NCBI GenBank assembly: GCA_038257785.1
Contig: JBBSIY010000001.1
Span: forward strand, 1-42,159
From: Lysobacterales bacterium
GTDB lineage: Bacteria; Pseudomonadota; Gammaproteobacteria; Xanthomonadales; Xanthomonadaceae
Length of the DNA: 42,159 nt
Direction of reading: 5' to 3'
Every line of letters starts with the position of its first letter. Within the stretch, counting starts at the first letter, position 1. The notes beneath the pieces were generated by a model. It ran no database searches and had not been told where the DNA came from. It saw nothing but the letters and a program-made list of their open reading frames with translations. Positions 8,222-15,289 of this stretch are shown here, one piece after another. The position numbers were made by a program, and so were the translations under genes.

Positions 8222-9011
8222 GGGCGCTTTCCTTCGCCTGATTGCGATAGTCAAATCCGATGGGGCCATCCGGCTTGCCGTCCAGAAACTGGCGCAGCAG
8301 CGGATCATCTGTTCGCGTCAGCTCAGCCGGCGTGCCGTCAAACGCGATGCCTTGATTAGCGATGACCACGGCGCGGTCGGAATGCGGCAGCGTTTCCAAC
8401 ACGTGATGGGTAATGATGATGCTGGTTAGTCCGAGGCTGTCGTTCAAGCGACGAATGAGATCAAGAATGACGCCGCAGGCAATCGGATCGAGTCCGGTCA
8501 ATGGCTCGTCGTACAGCATCAGAGGCGGGTCAAGCACCAGCGCACGGGCCAAAGCGACGCGACGCGCCATACCGCCGGACAGCTCCTGCGGCAGCAGATC
8601 ACCGGCCTCGCCCAGCCCAACTGCGTTCAACTTCATCAGCACGAGTTCGCGCAGCACGTCCTCCGGCAGATCGGTGTGCGTGCGCAAGGGCAGGGCGACG
8701 TTCTCAAAAGCGGTTAAATCAGTGAGCAGGCCGTTGCCCTGCAGCAGCACGCCCATCTTGCGACGCAGCGCGAAAAGCGAGCGCACGCCGGGGCGCGGCA
8801 TCGCTTCATCAAGCACGTGCAGCGCACCGCCAGACGGCGGCAGCTCGCCGGTGATGGCGTACAGCAGCGTCGATTTGCCGGCGCCGCTTGGTCCCAGCAC
8901 AGCGGTCACTGCACCTTGTCGAAAGTCGACAGATACCTCACGCACGATGGTGCGATGGCCACGCTTCAAGGTAACGCGCTCAAAGCGCACAGCGGCGGAT
9001 TCGGTCATCAA
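8214..9011 (-). CDS. mlaF: ABC ATPase MlaF
   Basis: It has Walker A GPSGAGKST, signature LSGGMARRVALARAL and Walker B LMLYDEPLTGLDP. It is the first gene of the mla operon. Confidence 0.9.
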   Translation of the reverse strand: MMTESAAVRFERVTLKRGHRTIVREVSVDFRQGAVTAVLGPSGAGKSTLLYAITGELPPSGGALHVLDEAMPRPGVRSLFALRRKMGVLLQGNGLLTDLTAFENVALPLRTHTDLPEDVLRELVLMKLNAVGLGEAGDLLPQELSGGMARRVALARALVLDPPLMLYDEPLTGLDPIACGVILDLIRRLNDSLGLTSIIITHHVLETLPHSDRAVVIANQGIAFDGTPAELTRTDDPLLRQFLDGKPDGPIGFDYRNQAKESAHA

Positions 9012-9156
9012 TAATCGGATGGGTCAGCGAGGGGCCGCGCGTACCGTGCGCGGTGACGGGTGAAGCCGGCCTGAAAGCAGCGTCGCGACCGGCGCGGAGA
9101 TTATCCGCGCGTTGGCTGCTGCGCGGCTAATTCTCAGATGCCCAGCGACGATGCAT

Positions 9157-10410
9157 CTATTCGCTGCGCAGCGCGGCTATCGGGTCGAGCGCCGCAGCTT
9201 GGCGCGCAGGATACACGCCAAAAGCCAGTCCCACGGCGGCGCACAGCGTGGTCGAGATGAAAATAGGCAGCGGTGCCCAAGCCACCTGCCAGCCCGCGAG
9301 CGTGGCAATCAGATAGGCGAGCAGCGCGCCAAACAACACGCCCGCGAGCGCGCCGATCACGCAAATCAGACTCGCTTCGCGCAGAAACTGCGCCACGATG
9401 TCTCGCCGACGTGCGCCCAGCGCGCGCAGCAGGCCGATCTCTTTTTTTCGCTCGAGCACATTGGCGAGCATGATGTTCATGATGCCAATGCCGCCGACCA
9501 GCAGGCTTACCGCGGCGATCGCGGCCATCACTACGCGAAAAATTTGCTGGGTCTGCTGATGCTGCGCAAACAGCTGAGCTGGCACCACCAGCGCGTAGTC
9601 ATCTACTCCTGCGTGACGCTGTTCTAGCACCGCGGCGGCGACACGCGCGCCGGATGAGACGCGCTCTGGCGCATCGACGCGCACCAGAAATCGATCGATC
9701 TCGTCCTCCAGCGGCTGAAAGCGCAGACGCGCTCGCGCACTGCCGAGCGGTAGGTAAATTCGGTTGCTTTCGAGACCCAGTTTCACACCTTCAAACTCGT
9801 CGCGACTGAGGTCGCGATCCGCCAGCACGCCAACCACGGTCAGCCACACATGGTTGAGTTTGAGCGCTTGACCAAGCGCATCGCCTGCGGGAAACAGCGC
9901 GCGTGCTGCCTGATGTCCGAGCACCGCAACGGGCGCCAGACGTTGCTCGTCAGCGTCAGTCAGCGCGCGACCCTGCGCCACCTGCAGCGACGCCAGCTGA
10001 AAGAACGAGGGCGTGACGCCGGAGGCTTGGATATCGCTACGACTGCTGCTGCCAATCGCCACCTGCGTACGAATCTCCTTTTCGGCGGCCATCAGCAGCG
10101 CGCCGGGCAGCACGTCGCTCACCGCGCGCGCGTCGGCCAACGTGAGCCCCAAGCTGCGCGTGCGGCGCTCGCGCAGCGCCTCGTTATCAGCGGGCTGGCT
10201 GCGCACGATCAGATTGGTTAAGCCCAAGCCTTCTACCAGCCGCAGCGCCTCTCGCCGACTGCCTTCACCGACCGCCTGCATAGCCACAATTGCGCCGATA
10301 CCAAACACCAGACCAAGCAGGGTCAGCCCCGTCCGCAGCTTGCGTCGCGCCAGCTCCTCTAAGGCCTCGCGCCAAACGGCGGGCACTCTTGATCTTAGCC
10401 AGCCGCTCAC
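9157..10410 (-). CDS. MacB/LolC-type ABC permease (FtsX domain, 4 TM, large periplasmic loop)
   Basis: The N-terminus ..ALEELARRKLRTGLTLLGLVFGIGAIVAM is the typical TM1. A ~230-aa periplasmic domain follows. The C-terminal FtsX block is LERKKEIGLLRALGARRRDI. The GTG start overlaps the upstream stop (GTGA at 10407-10410). Confidence 0.88.
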   Translation of the reverse strand: MSGWLRSRVPAVWREALEELARRKLRTGLTLLGLVFGIGAIVAMQAVGEGSRREALRLVEGLGLTNLIVRSQPADNEALRERRTRSLGLTLADARAVSDVLPGALLMAAEKEIRTQVAIGSSSRSDIQASGVTPSFFQLASLQVAQGRALTDADEQRLAPVAVLGHQAARALFPAGDALGQALKLNHVWLTVVGVLADRDLSRDEFEGVKLGLESNRIYLPLGSARARLRFQPLEDEIDRFLVRVDAPERVSSGARVAAAVLEQRHAGVDDYALVVPAQLFAQHQQTQQIFRVVMAAIAAVSLLVGGIGIMNIMLANVLERKKEIGLLRALGARRRDIVAQFLREASLICVIGALAGVLFGALLAYLIATLAGWQVAWAPLPIFISTTLCAAVGLAFGVYPARQAAALDPIAALRSE

Positions 10411-11705
10411 AGCTGACCCCTCGCCGGTCGTGGCCGCGCGCCGCGTTCGGGTGCTCCACCGCGAGCGGGGCCTTGTGCGCCAGCCGCGTCAGAAGATTGT
10501 GTGGGCGACTCGCCAGACTGCGACAGGACGGCTGGCGTCAGCAAAACCTCGTCGCCTTCGCTCAAGCCTTCCAACACCTCCGCCCGGGCGGGACCGCGTG
10601 CGCCGAGTGATACGTCGCGCCGCGCCCATTCACCCGCGACGTTGACCTGAACAAAACTCTGCCCAGCGCTTGAGCTGATCGCTACGTTCGGCACGCTGAG
10701 CGCGCGTTCGGCACGCCCGATATGGATGCGTGCATGAAAGGCCTGGCCCGGCACCCAGCCGTATTTTTGCGCCTCCGCCACCGGCAGCGGCGCGCGCATG
10801 CTCAGATACTTGATCGGATTTCCGCGCCCGCGCACCGCTGGCGCGCTGGCCACCCAAGCAATTTTGCTCAGCACCGCTTGATCCGGTCGGCCGGCAGGGA
10901 ACACCTCAACCTCCACACCTTCGACGATGCCCTGCGCCTCCAGCTGCGGCAGCACCAGCTCGACTTCTAGCTGCGACGGGTCGGGCAGCGAGGCAAACTC
11001 CATTCCGGCCCACATCGACGCGCCGAGCTTGGGCTTTTCGCCACTCCAGTTGGCTGAGTGAACCAGCACACCGTCATTGGCCGCGCGCAGCTCTAGCGCA
11101 TCGAGATCTTGTTTGAACTTCTGCGCGTTGATGTCGAAGCTGGCGCGCTGCGAATCCAACACGCCGAGCTCAGCACTGCCGCGTTGACTCGCTTGATCTT
11201 GTCGCCACTGCAGCACGCCGCGCTTTTCACCCAGAAACTCCTCGTCCTGCACCGCATCGAGAATCTCATTGCGCGCAAACATGGCGAGATCGGCATCGGC
11301 ATAGCGACGCGCGATGGCGAGCTGAATACCGACCTGACTTAGATCAACTTCGACACGACCCTGCACGCTGCCGAGCTCATCTTCTTTGGCCGAACGCGCC
11401 AGCGCATTGCGCTGTAAATCAAGCAGCGCTTTATCGAGCTCCAGCTGTCCTTGAGTGGCGCGAAATTGCGCCACCAGTTCGCCCGCTTCAACCCGGCTGC
11501 CGTCGGCCTTCATCCACACGAGCTGGCGCAGCGCCCACTGCTGACCGGGCACCAAGAGCGGTGTCGATTTGACGCCGCGCGATTGACCATCGGCTTCAAC
11601 GGTCAGCGCCAATGGCGCAATTCGAATGACCTCGGTTGGCAAGCTCGTCTCGGGCGCCGATCCACAGCCGGCCAGCAATAGCGCACAGCACAGAATCAGC
11701 CTCAT
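10407..11705 (-). CDS. HlyD-family periplasmic adaptor 3 (lipoprotein, Pro/Gly/Arg-rich C-terminal tail)
   Basis: It has lipobox LLAGC|GS, a long coiled-coil region, and beta-barrel/MP-domain-like blocks (DGVLVHSANWSGEKPKLGASMWAG). There is an ATGA overlap with adaptor 2 at 11702-11705. Confidence 0.82.
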   Translation of the reverse strand: MRLILCCALLLAGCGSAPETSLPTEVIRIAPLALTVEADGQSRGVKSTPLLVPGQQWALRQLVWMKADGSRVEAGELVAQFRATQGQLELDKALLDLQRNALARSAKEDELGSVQGRVEVDLSQVGIQLAIARRYADADLAMFARNEILDAVQDEEFLGEKRGVLQWRQDQASQRGSAELGVLDSQRASFDINAQKFKQDLDALELRAANDGVLVHSANWSGEKPKLGASMWAGMEFASLPDPSQLEVELVLPQLEAQGIVEGVEVEVFPAGRPDQAVLSKIAWVASAPAVRGRGNPIKYLSMRAPLPVAEAQKYGWVPGQAFHARIHIGRAERALSVPNVAISSSAGQSFVQVNVAGEWARRDVSLGARGPARAEVLEGLSEGDEVLLTPAVLSQSGESPTQSSDAAGAQGPARGGAPERGARPRPARGQL

Positions 11706-12694
11706 CGGCTCGCTCCGGCCACGTCGTCCATCGCAAGCTTGTCCGCCGCAGCCTCGTCAATCTCGACGCGCACCGCCTGCCCAGGCTTCAAACCCTCGGC
11801 TGAAGCGCTAAGCTCGACGCGCAAATCAATCACCGGCAGCGGCTGATTGCGCGACTTGCTGCGCACGATGCGGCCAATCTCGATGACGCGGCCATCAAGC
11901 TGGATGCCGCCGCCTTCGATGCGCACCCGCGCGCGATCACCCACTGCCACCCGCAGCATCTCGCGCTCGGGCAGTTGGGCGACGACTTCTAGCGTCGTTA
12001 GGTCAGGAATCTCGGCCACTGCTTGCCCGCGCCAAACCTGCGAACCGACGTCAAACTTTTCGCCTTGCCAGCTGGTTTTGTGCAGCATCACGCCGTCGCG
12101 CGGCGCCAGCACCACCAGTGCCTGCATGCCGGCCTTCAGCTCTTCAACTTCGCCCTCAAGCAAGGCCAGCTCAGCTTCAATGAGACGTCTCTCCTGCTTT
12201 CGCTGCTCGACACCAAGTGTTTCGCGGCGCATTGCGAGCTCGAGCTGGCGTTCGGCTTGGCGACGTTCGATGACCAGCTTCTTGTAGTCAACGCGGCGCA
12301 GCAAATCCTCGGGCTGGGTCGCTTTGCGCTGCGCTTTGTCGCGCTGGGCGCGCCGATCCTCGGTAGCCAGACGCTCGTTGCGCTCGCGCTCGGCAAGCTC
12401 GAGGTTTAGTTTTTCGCGCTGACTGCGCTTCTCGTTTAGCGCACCTTCTTTGCTGAGCAGCTGCTGCTGCAGCTGGCTGCCGTCGAACGCTAGCACCGGC
12501 TCGTTCTGCGTAACGCGAGTGCCATCAGCGGTGAGCTTGGTAATGCTTAGCTGCCAGAGATCTTCGACAGCAGGCGGCATCAGCGCGGCTGTTTCACGCG
12601 CGACAATTTCACCCTCGAGGCGCAGCGCATCATTGGCTTGAGTAGCGCTGCACGCGATCAACATCATCAACACTACTGCACTGATGCGGCTCAC
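11702..12694 (-). CDS. HlyD-family periplasmic adaptor 2 (lipoprotein)
   Basis: It has lipobox MLIAC|SA and a very charged coiled coil (EKRSQREKLNLELAERERNERLATEDRRAQRDKAQRK...). It carries DGVMLHKTSWQGEKFDVGSQVWRGQ. The GTG start lies in a GTGA overlap at 12691-12694. Confidence 0.8.
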   Translation of the reverse strand: MSRISAVVLMMLIACSATQANDALRLEGEIVARETAALMPPAVEDLWQLSITKLTADGTRVTQNEPVLAFDGSQLQQQLLSKEGALNEKRSQREKLNLELAERERNERLATEDRRAQRDKAQRKATQPEDLLRRVDYKKLVIERRQAERQLELAMRRETLGVEQRKQERRLIEAELALLEGEVEELKAGMQALVVLAPRDGVMLHKTSWQGEKFDVGSQVWRGQAVAEIPDLTTLEVVAQLPEREMLRVAVGDRARVRIEGGGIQLDGRVIEIGRIVRSKSRNQPLPVIDLRVELSASAEGLKPGQAVRVEIDEAAADKLAMDDVAGASR

Positions 12695-13671
12695 TGGCTA
12701 AGCTCCTCGCGGCCTGCTTCGATACGCACGCTCATGCCCGGCTTCAGCTTCTCTGCGTGCTCACCTGCTTCCAAGGTGATGTCCACGCTGAAGTAGCGCC
12801 CATCGCCCCACTCGGCCTTGGCTTCCGGCGCGCCGGCGATGCGCTCGATGCGGCCTTTGAAGGCAATAGTGGGCAGCGCGTCTAGCGCCAACACCGCCTC
12901 GTCGCCGACGTTTAGCGCGACGCGATCTGGCTCCAGCACGTAGCCACGCACTTCCATGCCGCCATCGCCCACCACTTCGCCAATCTTTTGCCCTGGGTTG
13001 GCGGACGAACCCTCGTCGTAGCGCTGGCCGCGCCATGGGTCGAAGCCGTGCACGACGACGCCATCACGCTCGGCGCGCTGCTCAGCGGTTGCCACCTGCG
13101 CCGTGTTGTAGTCGAGATCAGCCTGCAGCTTGGCAATCTCCAGCGCGGCGTCGCTGCGGCGTCTGATCACCGCATCGCGCGCGACCGCTAGCTCGGCCTG
13201 TTTGAGCGCCAACTCTCGCGTGGCGCGCTCTTGCTCACCTGCATGTCGGTCTGCATCCAGCGCCGACAAAAACTCGCGCGGCACGGCGGCATCTACCTCG
13301 GCTTTTTCGCGCGCCGCTTCGGCATCGACCAGGGCGATTTCCGCATCCACCTCGAGCAGCTGCAGTTCGGCAATTTCTTTTGCGACCCGCGCGCGCGTTT
13401 GATCGATTTGCGCCGTCAGGCTGCGTACCTGCGTGGCCGAGTTGCCTGGATCAATGCGCACCAGCACTTCACCGGCTTTCACCGCTGCGCCTTCGCCAAC
13501 GAAGTAGCGCAGCACGACGGGATTGGAGTTGGCAGGCGGTACATAGATAGATTCTGCTTCCACAGCGCGTAGTTCGCCGGTGAATACGGCGGCGCCTGCA
13601 CCTGCGCTGCCGAACAACGCGCAGGCGGCGCTGCCAACGACGCACACGAACAACCGACTAGCGTTCGACAT
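12691..13671 (-). CDS. HlyD-family periplasmic adaptor 1 (signal peptide or signal-anchor)
   Basis: The ATG at 13669-13671 is preceded by AAGGTGGA. The N-terminus is MSNASRLFVCVVGSAACALFGSAGAGAA. It has a lipoyl-like half (VKAGEVLVRID), a coiled coil and DGVVVHGFDPWRGQRYDEGSSANPGQ. It overlaps the ATPase stop by 14 nt. Confidence 0.8.
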   Translation of the reverse strand: MSNASRLFVCVVGSAACALFGSAGAGAAVFTGELRAVEAESIYVPPANSNPVVLRYFVGEGAAVKAGEVLVRIDPGNSATQVRSLTAQIDQTRARVAKEIAELQLLEVDAEIALVDAEAAREKAEVDAAVPREFLSALDADRHAGEQERATRELALKQAELAVARDAVIRRRSDAALEIAKLQADLDYNTAQVATAEQRAERDGVVVHGFDPWRGQRYDEGSSANPGQKIGEVVGDGGMEVRGYVLEPDRVALNVGDEAVLALDALPTIAFKGRIERIAGAPEAKAEWGDGRYFSVDITLEAGEHAEKLKPGMSVRIEAGREELSQ

Positions 13672-14362
13672 CACTTTCCACCTTGCCATCGCGCAGACGA
13701 ATTTGGCGCTGCGCGCGGGCGGCGACATCGGGGTCGTGCGTTACCAGTACGATGGTCTGGCCGTCACGATGTAGCTCATCAATTAGCCCCAACACATCCG
13801 CCGCGCTGCGGCTGTCGAGATTACCGGTAGGCTCATCCGCGAGCAGCAGGCGCGGTCGCATGATCAGTGAGCGGGCAATCGCCGCGCGCTGCATCTGCCC
13901 GCCCGAAAGCTGATGTGGCCGATGCGCTTTGCGTTCGGCCAAACCGACCCGATCCAGCAGCTCATCGGCGAGTGCTGCAGCGGACGGATCAGGCGTATCG
14001 GTAAAGCGCTGTGGCAACAGCACGTTCTCGCGCACGGTAAGTCGTGGCAATAGGTGAAAGCTTTGGAACACAAAGCCAATGCGCCGATTGCGGATCACGC
14101 TAGCGGCTTCATCATCAAGTGCGGAAACATCCTCGCCGTCCAAACGATACTGACCGCTGTTGGGGCGGTCTAAGCAGCCCAACACGTTGAGCAAGGTCGA
14201 CTTGCCGCTGCCCGACGCGCCGGTAATCGCCACAAACTGACCCTTCGCCACATGCAGGTCGATGGAGTCCAGCGCCGTCACCGTCTGGCCGTCCATGGCG
14301 TAGCGGCGAGTAATGGACTGCAGATCGATCATCGGTTTTTCAAAGGTCAGGTCGAAGGACAT
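13658..14362 (-). CDS. ABC transporter ATP-binding protein (MacB/LolD-like, stand-alone NBD)
   Basis: It has Walker A GASGSGKST, signature LSGGQMQRAAIARSL, Walker B LLLADEPTGNLD and H-loop VLVTHD. The start is uncertain between ATG 14360-14362 (MSFDLTF..) and ATG 14330-14332 (MIDLQSITRRY, the more typical N-terminus). Neither has a strong SD. Confidence 0.88.
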   Translation of the reverse strand: MSFDLTFEKPMIDLQSITRRYAMDGQTVTALDSIDLHVAKGQFVAITGASGSGKSTLLNVLGCLDRPNSGQYRLDGEDVSALDDEAASVIRNRRIGFVFQSFHLLPRLTVRENVLLPQRFTDTPDPSAAALADELLDRVGLAERKAHRPHQLSGGQMQRAAIARSLIMRPRLLLADEPTGNLDSRSAADVLGLIDELHRDGQTIVLVTHDPDVAARAQRQIRLRDGKVESDVER

Positions 14363-14477
14363 GGAACACGCGAGTCCGCGCAAGTTCCCGTGTTGCGCAT
14401 CGCAGATTCGTCGGGTGCGGTAGCGTGCCGGGCGCGTCACCCTTGTGACCAGCGCGTTTTACCCCCAGCTTTGGTCG

Positions 14478-15281
14478 ATGCAACTTCCCCTGCCGGCACC
14501 CTCAAACGATCCTCGCACACAAGCTACGCTCGAACGTCGCCGCTTGCTGTGGGCCGCGTTGATCAGTTTTGCCTTTGTCGCTCTGCTTTGGTGGATCAAG
14601 CTGATCGAAGTCTGGTTTGGACAGTCGCTATCGGGGCTCGGCGTGCGCCCCGGCGATACGCTCGGGCTGGTGGGCATCTTCACAAGCCCGCTGCTGCACG
14701 GCTCGCCCGCGCATCTGATCTCGAACTCGCTGCCGATGCTGGTGCTCGGCACCTTGACCTTTGCTGTGTATCCACGCAGCGCACTGCGCGTGGTGGCACT
14801 GGTGTGGCTGCTGTCTGGACTCGGGACGTGGCTGTTTGGTAGGCCGTCGGTGCACATCGGTGCCAGCGGCTTGGCCCACGGCCTGATGTTTTACTTGTTC
14901 TTGATGGGCCTGCTGCGGCGCGACCGCGCGGCGGTAGCCACGGCGATGATCGCGTTCTTTATGTACGGCGGCATGCTGCTCAGCGTGCTGCCTGGCGATC
15001 CCAGCATCTCGTGGGAAGCGCATTTATTCGGCGCAGCCTCTGGCGTACTCGCCGCCCTCATCTGGTTTCGCCGCGACCCCGCGCCGCCGCGCAAGCGCTA
15101 CAGCTGGGAAGATGAAGACGAGAGCCTCGAACCCCTAGAGGACGGCCTCGCCGCGCAGGACCGATCGGTGCTTGAACCCGATCGACCTGCCGACGTACCC
15201 GTGCTTTGGCAGCACGACACGCCCGTTGACCGCGATGACGCGCGCGGCCAGGTGCTGCCGTTCCGGCCGCGTGAACGCTGA
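14478..15281 (+). CDS. Rhomboid-family intramembrane serine protease with ~80-aa acidic cytoplasmic tail
   Basis: It has a six-TM core with LLHGSPAHLISN (the H..H...N motif), the catalytic Ser in HIGASGLAHG and the catalytic His in AHLFGAASG. The start is either ATG 14478 or the upstream GTG 14445 used in the ORF track. Confidence 0.82.
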   Translation: MQLPLPAPSNDPRTQATLERRRLLWAALISFAFVALLWWIKLIEVWFGQSLSGLGVRPGDTLGLVGIFTSPLLHGSPAHLISNSLPMLVLGTLTFAVYPRSALRVVALVWLLSGLGTWLFGRPSVHIGASGLAHGLMFYLFLMGLLRRDRAAVATAMIAFFMYGGMLLSVLPGDPSISWEAHLFGAASGVLAALIWFRRDPAPPRKRYSWEDEDESLEPLEDGLAAQDRSVLEPDRPADVPVLWQHDTPVDRDDARGQVLPFRPRER

Positions 15282-15289
15282 TTGCAGGC

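Noticed and set aside
9035-9053. A hairpin (CCGCGC-GTACCGT-GCGCGG) lies between the ABC-permease stop and the mlaF start and could be a terminator separating the two operons.
   Set aside because: The stem is only 6 bp and no T/U run follows it on the transcribed strand, so the evidence is insufficient to call a terminator.
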